This document shows positions 11,885 to 23,484 of a DNA stretch of 64,000 nt, piece by piece. The translations under genes were made by a program, and so were the position numbers. Source of the stretch: Eledone cirrhosa (Eukaryota). Numbering within the stretch: the stretch's first letter is position 1; every line of letters starts with the position of its first letter. The stretch covers positions 19,964,001 to 20,028,000 of the forward strand of contig OZ024741.1 in NCBI GenBank assembly GCA_964016885.1, written 5' to 3'. The notes beneath the pieces were generated by a model. It was not told the origin of the DNA and did no database searches. It saw nothing but the letters and a program-made list of their open reading frames with translations.

Positions 11885-11887
11885 CAT

Positions 11888-11955
<68 letters not shown>
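11820..11955. repeat. (TA)n/(CA)n microsatellite
   Basis: Directly visible. Confidence 0.95.
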
Positions 11956-11960
<5 letters not shown>

Positions 11961-12241
11961 ACTCTCCCGTCGATATCCGACGTATGAGTGTCCAACAAAG
12001 GTTCTGCTCTCTGGATGGTGGTGTCTCATGTGACATTTCAATCCCCATCGCCTACGGACTCTGCCTGCAAAAGGCTTGCGGAAATGTCAGAAAGCGAACT
12101 GATGTTAAACGATCCACGCAAAGTTTTGGTGAAGACTTGTGTGGGACCAACCACAACAGACGACACATATCTTCAGTGCAAATATCACGGAAAATACAAT
12201 GACAGTCCTCAGCTTTTTATGGTTCGGAGTTTAACCTCTCC

Positions 12242-12303
<62 letters not shown>

Positions 12304-12308
<5 letters not shown>

Positions 12309-12497
12309 AACAAGTATGACCCCGACGGCAGAGCTCAAGCCGTTTCGACGGCTATTCCTGGACTCAAATAGCCGTCGAAACGGCTTGAGCTCTGCCGTCG
12401 GGGTCTTACTTGTTCCTATTACCCACTCTACTACCCTAAGTATCGAGTACTTTGGTGCGTTATGGTCCATCTGGTTCCTTACCACAATTCCTTCGTT
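12304..12497 (+). mobile_element. Fold-back pLTR fragment: 116-bp near-perfect palindrome (12304-12419) plus tail, containing the 3' half of a hammerhead
   Basis: 53-bp arms with one mismatch and loop cctggactca. The right arm reads stem II-GAAAC-GGC(ttgagctct)GCC-GTC-GGGGTC. Confidence 0.75.
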
Positions 12498-12570
<73 letters not shown>

Positions 12571-12610
12571 GAAAGAGAGAGATAGAGATAGAGAGAGAAA
12601 GAGAGAGAGA
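12498..12610. repeat. (GATA)n then (GA)n microsatellite
   Basis: Directly visible. Confidence 0.97.
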
Positions 12611-13076
12611 TGTATCTGCGAAATCTATGCGCACCTGTGAGTATATAGGTGTGTGTGTATTATCATATGTACTTGTATGTGTGTGTGAATATACATAAGT
12701 ATATATGTGAGTGTACACATATGCAGGGACGCCAATGTGCCTATATGTGTATATGTATTTCTGTGCGTATGTTATACACATTATATACATGTTTTTATTA
12801 TTCAATTTAAATTGGTTTACTTAGCCCCCAGGATAAAAAAAAATGGGGAGGGTTAATTTCATGAATTATTTCCCTTTACTAGAAGTAAAATGGGGTTTGT
12901 TTGTTTGTTTTGTTTTGGATAAACTCTGTATTTATTTGTTATCACTGTAAAGTTATTAAAACAATGACGCGGGAACCACGTAGAATCTTAACTATAATAA
13001 AGAAAGGAGTGCGGGACTGCATCCAGAATATAATTTTTTATCCCGTTTGTAAAATAAGTTGGATTACTTTCAATAA

Positions 13077-13232
13077 ATAATTGTTTCTACTTTTGGCACA
13101 AGGCCAGCAATTACCCAGTGCATTACTGGTACTTTATTTTATCAACCCCGTAAGGATGAAAGGCAAAGTCAACCTCGGCGGGATTTGAACTCAGATCGTA
13201 AAGGGACGTAACTATGCTGGAAAGCATGGCGT
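13077..13232 (-). mobile_element. tRNA-derived SINE, 5'-truncated
   Basis: Same body and B-box as 10975-11161. Confidence 0.88.
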
Positions 13233-13677
13233 TTCAATAAATAATGAATGAATATTACATAATTTATCTGCTAAATTTCGTAGCTTTTGATTTAATATAT
13301 TTTATTGCTTATTTAAAGATTCACTTCTTTAAAAGTTTCAAATGTCAACACTTCCTGTTAGCGATCGCTTAAATAAACATTAATATATTTCCATCACTAA
13401 TTTTCTCCTTATGCAGTTTATATATAATATCGTCTTTTTTAATGTGTCATGGATTATGTTACTGATTACATAAGACAGTGTAACGCAGTCTTCGTTCAAT
13501 TTCTGTGTATATTGTCAATTACGATTATATTTGATGTATCATATCTACATGTATATATATTTGCGTATAATATCAATATGCACACTACACATGCTAGCAG
13601 AAAACCACCCGAATGGTGGTTTTTCTGCTAGTACTGTTAAGTCTTTGATATTTACACCGTACAAATGATGATTATCC

Positions 13678-13794
13678 TAGCTTCATCATTCCTGAGGTTT
13701 AATTGGTATTTAATGTCCTTCATCATTCCTGGGGTAAAATTTTTGGTATTTAATGTCGTAGCTACATCATTCCTGAGGTAAAATTGGTATTTAA
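13678..13794. repeat. Three diverged tandem copies of a unit of about 40 bp
   Basis: catcattcctg(a/g)ggt..aa..ttggtatttaa x3. Confidence 0.85.
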
Positions 13795-14145
13795 CACACT
13801 TTCTCAGTCATTTTGAAACTTTTATTGTTACCCCGAAGAGAAAAATGTACAATATATCTACATCTGTATAAGGACAGAGAGTATACGAAATGATTCATAA
13901 CGTTTCAAATAATTGAATGTACAACTCTTCCGAAACATGTGTAAGGAAATAAATATTATTTTAAAAGGATAAAAAAAATTTTTTTTTTCACCTATTTGCT
14001 CTGTGTTTATGTCTACACCTCCAAATATTTCTCACTAAAATCTTCTTTTTCTTCAAACCAATATAATATATAAACACATTGAGCTAATTCTGAAAAGACT
14101 TGGCAGTTATATTTTATCATATATAATTCTCTACTTCCCTTTGAG

Positions 14146-14334
<189 letters not shown>

Positions 14335-14499
14335 GTGAGATCGGAGTTTCGATTCAACACGTGTTTCGCAAATGACCAGCTCTAAAGTCACTAAGAAAGA
14401 TATTGACGGATGCCCAGCAGTAAACCGTAGCTAAATATCCCGTAGGCAGAAAATACAACCAACCTGACAGTGGAGTATGCAGATACCCATCAGAATGTC

Positions 14500-14720
14500 C
14501 CGATTTTCACTTCAAAGTGTGAACTATTTTCAAAACGAATGATCGTGTCTGAAATACGCATGCGTATTTCAGACACGTAGACCAGTTAAGACAGAACATA
14601 TCGATCGTTCGTTTTTTTTTGTTTTTTGTTTTTTTTTGTTAACTGTTTCAGTTCCACATTTGAAAAGAGGGTGAAAGCCCTGAAATAACATGTTGAAATA
14701 TACTGGGTAAAAATATCATT
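14500..14720. mobile_element. Non-coding interspersed repeat (MITE-like) with a perfect 34-bp palindrome at 14544-14577; related copy in opposite orientation at about 19700-19870
   Basis: cgtgtctgaaatacgca|tgcgtatttcagacacg. The segment ccacatttgaaaagagg..catgttgaaatatactgggtaaaa is reverse-complemented at 19712-19770. Confidence 0.6.
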
Positions 14721-14876
14721 GTTATGTTTTGTCATTATTTGGCCTTTATATATTTCTACCTCCTTGTACCGGATTTTTGAAAATTATTGGTCTTTTATTG
14801 CACACACACACACACACTCACACACACACACGCACCCCCCCCCCCCCCACCCACCCACCCCACACACACACACACT

Positions 14877-14923
<47 letters not shown>

Positions 14924-15314
14924 GGAAGCAGAAAATTGATTATTGTAATCCAGTTCGTGGTTAAGATAGCCAGTTTCATGGACGGTTTCAACGTACGGTT
15001 AGGGGTGACTCCACAAGTTTGTAAGAATCGCGTTCAATCTTGGAGTATAAAGAATAAAAGAGAAAACACAGGTAAGCATTAAAAAAAGGATTTTATCCGG
15101 GTATTTACGACCGTTTCATTGGTAAGTGCAACCTTATATCGCTATACTGCAAATAGCAGCCACTCAATAATAATTGTTATACACCTCCAAATTTTCAAAA
15201 TAATGAATAAGTTACTCGTAAAAGGTTCTTAATATATAAAACACATTTTTTTGGAATCGTATTTACTAGTATAGAGAGAGAGGAAGGAGGAGAAGAATTA
15301 GGAAGTAGAGTGAC

Positions 15315-15375
15315 AAACGGAGTAGTAAATTGATGACATCAAGTGACTTGATGTCGACAATTTACTACTCCGTTT
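15315..15375. repeat. 61-bp near-perfect hairpin
   Basis: aaacggagtagtaaattg.tgacatcaag(tga)cttgatgtcg.caatttactactccgttt. Confidence 0.9.
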
Positions 15376-15569
15376 ATACGACCGATAGATAGTATTAGCA
15401 ATTGGAAAGACCAATGGAAACATTGTTTCCTCGGTCCGATTTGACAAAAGTCAATCGACTCACATATGTATGTATATATATATAGACAGAGAGAGAAAGT
15501 CAGACGGAGTGAGACATAAATAGATATATATATATGTATGAGTGTTTGTATAATAATTAATATTATTAT

Positions 15570-15755
15570 TTGGCAGTATCGGTAGAGGGTCGGACGCCAT
15601 GCTTTGCAGCACAGTTACGTCCCTTTACGGACTGAGTTCAAATCCCGCCAAGGTTAACTTTGCCTTTCATCCTTACGGGGTCGATAAAATAAAGTACCAG
15701 TAATTCACTGGGATAATTGCTGGCCTTGTGCCAAAAGGTAGAAACAATTATTATT
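15570..15755 (+). mobile_element. tRNA-derived SINE, full-length
   Basis: tggcagtatcggtagagggtcggacgccatg...gagttcaaatcccgcc...gtagaaacaattattatt. Confidence 0.9.
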
Positions 15756-16448
15756 ATGATCGTTGTACATTTTTGATGAAGGCCAATTTAATTAAATCGA
15801 ACCAATTACTTGATATACTTCTGGAAAATAGATAGCAAATTGAAGATTGGGATGGAATTTAAACCACGTAAATAAATACAGGGTAATTTTTTCTTTTGAA
15901 CGACTATAGAAGTATTAAGATTGACTACACATTTCTGTGTTACAATTAACTGGCTTTAAGCCAAGGAATACCAAAATCGATTTCTGTCCCAGTTGTAAAT
16001 GTAGTTTTCGTACAATCGATTAGAAGACTTATTTTCTCGTGATTACCTCTGTTGCTCTCAAGGAAGCAAAGTACACAATATATACACAATATAAAATAGA
16101 GATATATTATATGATAGGAAAAATATCTGTTTAAGAGTGCATATTTGGCAGCATTACATATTATATATATACGTGTGTATGTGTATATATATATTATATA
16201 TATATATGCGTGTGTGTGTATATATATATCACACCATAAACGGTGGGAGTTCAGTGAGATTCCCCCGTACACCTTTTCCATCTAAAGCCGTGCTTTTTTT
16301 TCAAAAATTTCAAGTTTCGTTATATATACATATAAACGTTCCCCCGCGTGTGTATATATATATAAATATTTATTTATATATGTATATATACATGGGTGTG
16401 TTTATGTATGTGTGTCCAATATATAAATAATGTATACGACAGATCCGA

Positions 16449-16650
16449 TCATCATCACCACCACCATCATCACCACCAACAACGCCACCATCACCATCAC
16501 CGCCACCACCACCATCATCACCACCACCAACAACACCATCATCACCATCACCAACAACAACACCACCACCACCACCACCACCACCACCACCACTATCACT
16601 ATCACCACCATCATCATCACCACCACCACCACCGCCACCACTACTACCTC
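16449..16650. repeat. (CAC/CAT/CAA)n mixed trinucleotide repeat
   Basis: Directly visible; gives spurious poly-His and poly-Thr ORFs. Confidence 0.95.
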
Positions 16651-16794
16651 CATCTTATGAGACTTACCATGTCCACCCCTTTCCATCCTATCCTCACACA
16701 AATTCAATTATGCCAACTCCTCCTCCTCCCCGCAATTGGAAATGTGCAAAAATCTACAGTATACACACTCACACTCACACAGATATATATATAT

Positions 16795-17305
16795 AAACGG
16801 AAAAAATGAAACGAAATTTCATTTCTCACTCTTAGTACGGCTGTTACTTAAATATAAGTATGTACTGTACATACATATATGTATACAGACGTACAGTAGT
16901 ATGTATATATATATACATACATGCACATATATATATATGTACGTATGGATTCACCGAACATTTATTATAATGCTCGGTGTGTTTGTAAACAAACATCCCG
17001 AATTAAGCCGTACAGTGTCTAGCAACCATCGTTGCTCATTTGTTCAGGAAGGTATACGTTGCTGACGATAGCTAATAAGCTTGAAACTAGTACAGCGTTC
17101 CTTTGTCAGTGTTGAACAAATGAGCAACGATGGTTGCTAGACACTGTACGGCTTAATACGGGATGTTTGTTTATAAACACACCGAGCATTATAATAAATG
17201 TTCGGTGAATCCATACGTACATGTATATATGTGTGCATGTATGTATATATATATATACATACTACTGTACATCTGTATACATATATGTATGTACGTATAC
17301 ATACT

Positions 17306-17310
<5 letters not shown>
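16795..17310 (+). mobile_element. pLTR-only element: inverted arms of about 190 bp (16853-17046 / 17113-17310) bracketing a hammerhead
   Basis: The arms are reverse complements, and the 66-bp spacer is almost entirely the HHR. Same family as 9567-10298; flanked by (TA)n. Confidence 0.78.
17056..17098 (+). ncRNA. Minimal type I hammerhead ribozyme
   Basis: ACGTTG-CTGACGA-T-AGCT(aata)AGCT-T-GAAA-CTAG-TA-CAGCGT. Stem I ACGTTG/CAGCGT is fully paired (one G-U); GUA cleavage triplet ends at 17092. Confidence 0.8.
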
Positions 17311-17362
<52 letters not shown>

Positions 17363-17553
17363 GGTTATGCACGAGTGCATTAATGTTTTCCAGGACACAG
17401 TGTTATGTACCGTGTAGTGGAATGTCAGCTTACAACAGAGTGGTGCTCAACGAAATGCAGAAAAAAGGTGTATATTCCAGTTTAGCTATATTCCGGGGCG
17501 TGTATAAAGAATTAAAAAGAACAGAAAGATGCAGTAAAAGAGATTTATTTGGT

Positions 17554-17668
17554 TCTTACGTACGTTTCAATAGACATCTATTTGCCTAGATCTCGCTACA
17601 TCTATAATATTATATATTTAGTAGAGCATTCGATATCCAATGCACAATCGATCCCATATCATCAGAGA
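17554..17668 (-). ncRNA. Type I hammerhead ribozyme with long stem II
   Basis: Minus strand: TCT-CTGATGA (17665-17659), about 90 nt of stem II closed by atggg-atc/gat-g-tctat, then GAAA-CGTACG-TA-AGA. Palindromic stem III; lies downstream of a GIY-YIG ORF. Confidence 0.65.
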
Positions 17669-18053
17669 TTATGTTTACCGCACCAGAATGTTCAGGTTTT
17701 TATAGGAATTCATGTGAAGTTGAAGTAGAGAAGAAGGAGGATGTGACAAAGACGAGAGAGATAGGGGGGTTTTTCATAGTTGTTGAGGTAAAACAGAGGG
17801 GAGGATGAAATATGATAATGAAGTCTAGATATGGACTAGTCCAACTATGTGTGTGTGCTAGAGAGATGGTAGACGTTGATAGGTTTACGATCTATGATAG
17901 ATGGAGGCAAGGGAGATTATGTCGAGTGACTTGTAAAGTATGTAGGAGGAGATGTTGAATAGGGGAGATGTGGTTAATAGAAGGCATAGCAATAATCCAT
18001 GGGGATAGATAGAGGAGGTAGAAGGAAGATAGAGGAAGGCAGAAGTCGCAGGA

Positions 18054-18424
18054 TCAAATCAAGCCAGGTTTGTATTTAGAGAAGGTAGCCTTGAGTCTGT
18101 GATTGCAATATAGAGTCCTTTCCGTTCTGTTGTTGAGAAGAGTATAACTCGATTTTAGTATGTAAAATAGCTCCATATTGCATAATCGGCAGTAAGGCTG
18201 GCCTGCACGATATGCGGAAGCACTAGAAAGTTTTGTCCATTTCAAAGTGTATTGCAGGTTACTTTCGCGCAACTGCCAAATTGTATTGACTAAGGTAGTT
18301 ACGGAACGGTATTTGATGTTCTTTATCGAACTACGGTGTTGGTACCAACGAGATTTAAAAGTGGTAGAGGTACAGCCGATATAGTGCCATCTTCGGTTAT
18401 CCGATTCAACGGTGCATTGATACA

Positions 18425-18428
<4 letters not shown>
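18054..18428 (-). pseudogene. Penelope-type GIY-YIG endonuclease C-terminus (open, 5'-truncated)
   Basis: LVYQCTV...[20 protein letters not shown]...TTL...IWQL...W...Y......[11 protein letters not shown]......LLNNRTE....CNH. The N-terminal part of the listed ORF is microsatellite read-through. Confidence 0.88.
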
Positions 18429-18685
<257 letters not shown>

Positions 18686-19189
18686 GCATGCATGCTTTTC
18701 ACCTATTTCGATACATACATATAAACATCCCTAGTATTATACATATATATATATATATACACACACACGCAACACTCTTCACCAATCAGATTAACTATGT
18801 TTGTGTTGACTCCATCTTTAATATAAGATTAAGCTGTCTTTGGTGTCAGAAAGCGGTGAGTGACGGTCATGGGTGGAGGGAGTAAGAAAGGTGTAGCGTT
18901 AAATCCCGTGGGTTGGGGAAAGGTGGTGGTTCGATGGTGGTGGGTGATGTAAATACCTCCCACCGTACTAAAGTCATGTTTATATAAGATTAAGTTCGCT
19001 GTTGGCGTCAGTGCTATAACAATGCTGAACGGCCTCTGGGGCAGAACATCTATGTATGAATGTATGTATATATGTTTGTATATGTCTGTATGTATGTATA
19101 AACGTGTGTATATTTGTATATATCTGTATGTGTGTTTGTGTGTTTACGTGTATAATTAAATTTATATGTGTGTGTGTGTGTGTGCGTGT

Positions 19190-19222
<33 letters not shown>

Positions 19223-19303
19223 AATATAGAGAAGAAAACATTCTTTTTCCTTTCAACTCATGAATTACAGGGACTAACGCGAGTTTCTGACTCGCGTTAC
19301 TTC

Positions 19304-19377
<74 letters not shown>

Positions 19378-19505
19378 ACGTGCGTGTGTGCGTGCGTGTT
19401 ATGTATATATATTTGTGTGTGTGAGCGTGTTATGTGTATATATTTGTGTGCTTGTGTGTGTGTGTTAGTATAGTTGACACGAAGCATAGTGAGATATGTA
19501 ATGAA

Positions 19506-19617
19506 TGTTTCTACTTTAGGCACAAGGCCAGCAATTACCCAGTGCATTACTGGTACTTTATTTTATCGACCCCGTAAGGATGAAAGGCAAAGTTAACCTC
19601 GGCGGGATTTGAACTCA
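19506..19617 (-). mobile_element. tRNA-derived SINE, truncated at the B-box
   Basis: Same family body as 15570-15755. Confidence 0.87.
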
Positions 19618-19971
19618 AATGAATGACTTTCAGAAAGTTTCAGAAAGCTTGTACAATGCTATAAAAATATATAAAGGGCAAAGGATGACAAATAAACAAA
19701 ACAAAGTAATGTTTTACCCAGTATATTTCAACATGATATTTCGGGACCCCATCCTCTTTTCAAATGTGGAGGTAAAACAGTTCAAAACAAATCGAATGAT
19801 CAACATGTTCTTTCTTAACTGGCCTAGGTGTCTGAAATACGGATGCCAAAGTGTCTGAAATACGCACGCTCTCAGTCGTTATAGTTGATATAAACTAAGT
19901 AAAACATCATTTACTCATGTTTTTCTACCAGTATATTGTACTGGCTTTTTGAAACTTATCGGTTTTTATTA

Positions 19972-20053
19972 CAATCGTGAGGTTGTGAGTTCGATTCCCA
20001 GACCGGGCGATGCGTTATGTCCTTGGACAAGACACTTTATTTCATGATGCTCC
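19972..20053 (+). mobile_element. Head and core fragment of a second tRNA-derived SINE family
   Basis: gaggttgtgagttcgattccc (B-box) followed by tgtccttggacaagacacttta. Confidence 0.7.
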
Positions 20054-20397
20054 TTCTACCTGGAGTTGCGACCGATAGATAGTACTAGCAATTGGAAAGA
20101 CCAATGGAAACATTGTTTCTTCGGTCCCATTTGACGAAAGTCGATCAACTATCGATATATATATAATTCTATTAAGGTTAAAAAGTGAGTCCTGTTACCC
20201 AGAAGTTTCGCCTGTTTTTCACAGGGTCATCTTTTCTACCGGTCGTCAACTACTTACGAATATATTAGCAGGGTGGTTTCTAATAGAGATGTATATGAAG
20301 GCATATGCTATGTTTATGTATAATAAACATATAAGAAACTCGCAATAAATGTGTTAAGCTCTGATCATGTCGCAACAATCTCAGTAGCCGTATGAGA

Positions 20398-20443
20398 ACT
20401 TCAGACACGTATTTCAGGACTTTTATCTGTCATCAGCGACATG
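20398..20443 (-). ncRNA. Probable decayed minimal hammerhead
   Basis: Minus strand: ATGTCG-CTGATGA-cagataaaagtcct-GAAA-TACGTG-TC-TGAAGT. Core intact, stems I and II weak. Confidence 0.5.
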
Positions 20444-20709
20444 TAATCACTCGTTAGTGAAACAAGAATAAGCTATTGCCTGTATGTTTGTTTACGTATG
20501 AAATATTGGCTGGCAATGCTCCTTTGCATGTCGTGAAAAGGAAATATCGGCTGGGGACACTAATTTACATATCGTGCAAATGAAGCGTCGACTGGAAATG
20601 CTCATTTGCATATAGTTCGAATTTGACTGGTTAAAAATAATTAGCTGTAGTATTAACATCTTATTTCATAATAGAGATGAAGACATATACGACATGGTAC
20701 TTTGAGGCA

Positions 20710-20890
20710 ATAATTGTTTCTACTTTAGGCACAAGGCCAGCAATTATCCAGTGCATTACTGGTACTTTATTTTATCGACCCCGTAAGGATGAAAGGCAAA
20801 GTCAACCTCAGCGGGATTTGAACTCAGATCGTAAAGGGACGTAACTATGCTGGAAAGCATGGCGTCCGACCCTCTACCGATACTGCCAAT
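20710..20890 (-). mobile_element. tRNA-derived SINE, full-length, with probable target-site duplication
   Basis: Family sequence; ttgaggcaataat occurs on both sides (20702-20714 and 20894-20906). Confidence 0.9.
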
Positions 20891-21405
20891 CCATTGAGGC
20901 AATAATGACAATTATACACATATTCCTAATTTTTACTCCCATTTAAGTTAATCAAGTGTCAAGGTTGAAAGCTCTTCTAGACGTGGACTTTGTATAGAAT
21001 CTACTAGTTGATTTCTACTATGTGGTCACGGGACAACAGTAACTGTACTGTCAAACATCTGTATCAGTAGCTGTCACTTATATACGTAAGACGATACAAC
21101 TCAGAAGAGATATCAACTGATGAAGCTCATCGGATCCTCTTATGCTATTGCTGTGAATATACGTTATTCATTTAGCTACGTATATATCCAGGTGTGACAG
21201 AAACCGCCAACAGTATATGTAAATCAATTTTCTCTGGGTAGTTGCGAGTTTCTGTCCGATGTTTACACGTTGCCTATGCATTCTGTGTAAATTTCCCATT
21301 TTGAGACAACCAAATCTTTCTGTTTATCAATGATTGTTAATCGGACCATTCCAGATTGATCAACTCGCGTTGCTTTTGGGCAACATGATCACGATAAATT
21401 CCTAT

Positions 21406-21407
<2 letters not shown>

Positions 21408-21480
<73 letters not shown>
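21408..21480. repeat. (TG)n microsatellite
   Basis: Directly visible. Confidence 0.97.
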
Positions 21481-21481
<1 letters not shown>

Positions 21482-21812
21482 GTCTATGTTTAATATTGCT
21501 GGATGTAAAATTGTTTAAAGGATATCTAATAGTTACTTTCACAGGTAATTTCACGTGTGCTGTATCTGTACCCTGTACCATGTATTTATAGGAAGGACAT
21601 TACAATACATAAAACGAAATACAACTTGACAGAACAACATTAGTTGATGTCCCTACCATACAATATAGAATCCGACATAGGAAATATTATTGTATTGAAA
21701 GAGTTAAATTGTCAAATATATATGAATTACCTCCCTTGACATTCCTGTGATTACACACATTATCTAGTTTATTGTTTTAAAACAGAGAGATATAGAACAC
21801 GCAAAGATAGAA

Positions 21813-21833
21813 ACACATACACACACAATCACG

Positions 21834-21917
<84 letters not shown>

Positions 21918-22080
21918 CGCACACACACACTTACACATACACACACACACGGAGACACACACACACACACTCACACGCACATACACACACTCACACACTC
22001 ACACACACACACACACTCACACATACACACATTCACACACACACTGAGGCATGCGTTCACACATATACGCTCACATACAC
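21813..22080. repeat. (CA)n microsatellite and degenerate extension
   Basis: Directly visible. Confidence 0.95.
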
Positions 22081-22149
22081 AAAAGCGACACAGACACCGA
22101 GCGATATCCATACATACACTGAGATATTTTCATATATAAGATATTTTCA

Positions 22150-23140
22150 CACAGATACATAGTGAGATACACACATACATCTAGATACACACACATACAG
22201 TGAGATACACACATACATCGAGATACACACACACATACAGCAACATACACGCACACACACATCTAGATACACACACATACAGTGAGATACACACATACAT
22301 CGAGATACACACACACATACAGCAACATACACACACACACACATCTAGATACACACACATACAGTGAGATACACACATACATCGAGATACACACACACAC
22401 ACATCTAGATACACACACATACAGTGAGATGCACACATACATCGAGATACACACACACACACATCTAGATACACACACATACAGTGAGATACACACATAC
22501 ATCGAGATACACACACACATACAGCAACATACACACACACACATCTAGATACACACACATACAGTGAGATACACACATACATCGAGATACACACACACAC
22601 ATCTAGATACACACACATACAGTGAGATACACACATACATCTAGATACACACACATACAGCAACATACACACACACACACATCTAGATACACACACATAC
22701 AGTGAGATACACACATACATCGAGATACACACACACACACATCTAGATACACACACATACAGTGAGATACACACATACATCGAGATACACACACACATAC
22801 AGCAACATACACACATACACACACATCTAGATACACACACATACATAGAGATACACACACACACATACAGCGAGATACACACATACATCGAGATACACAC
22901 ACACACATACAGCGAGAATACACACACACATCTCGATACACACACACACATACAGCGAGATATACACACATACATCGAGATACATACAGACACATACAGC
23001 GAGATACACACACATATCTAGATACACACACATACATAGAGATACACACGCACACATACAGCGAGATACACACATACAGCGAGAATACACACAAACAGCG
23101 AGATATACACACATACAGCGAGATATATACAGACACACAC
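22150..23140. repeat. (CA)-derived compound minisatellite
   Basis: Recurring modules acatctagat-(ac)n-atacagtgagat-(ac)n-atacatcgagat-(ac)n, with or without atacagcaacat; period about 60-85 bp. Confidence 0.92.
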
Positions 23141-23484
23141 ATATACAATGAGATGAATAATCACAGAGACATCAAGACACACACACACACGTACACACAC
23201 ATACATAAATTGAGACATCTATGACAATACAGTGTAAAATTGGTCTCGTGTTTCTATACTAAGTGAAAGATCTAAGAAAGAGAACTGTACGATTGTGTGA
23301 GCTCAAAATTCACTTCTCCTCAAAATAATTGATCTGCCCTTTCAATAGACAATTGTGTTATTTCTATTCGGGAAGAATGGAAAGAGAAGATAAGAGGAGT
23401 CTTGTATAGAACCGGAACGAAAATAGTATTTGTTTGCAATTATGAATATTTTTCATGAAGATATATTATGTGTCTGTAATATAC

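Larger units (their letters stand above)
17361..18428 (-). mobile_element. 5'-truncated Penelope-like element (GIY-YIG C-terminus plus 3' pLTR with hammerhead) between (TA)n tracts
   Basis: Coding remnant at 18054-18428, HHR at 17554-17668, (TA)n at both ends. Confidence 0.85.

Noticed and set aside
15570-15660. tRNA gene
   Set aside because: A/B-box-like head only, with no cloverleaf. It continues into a SINE body repeated throughout the window.
15946-16065. Possible terminal coding exon (SNRGNHEK...GIPWLKAS*) on the minus strand
   Set aside because: Short, weak acceptor, no recognisable motif; cannot be supported from sequence alone.
16396-16809. Poly-histidine protein
   Set aside because: A trinucleotide repeat with no flanking coding signal, open in several frames.
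20198-20240. Minus-strand hammerhead (AAGATGA-CCCTGT..ACAGGC-GAAAC)
   Set aside because: Stem II and GAAA are present, but the CTGA core, cleavage triplet and stem I are missing, so it is too decayed to call.
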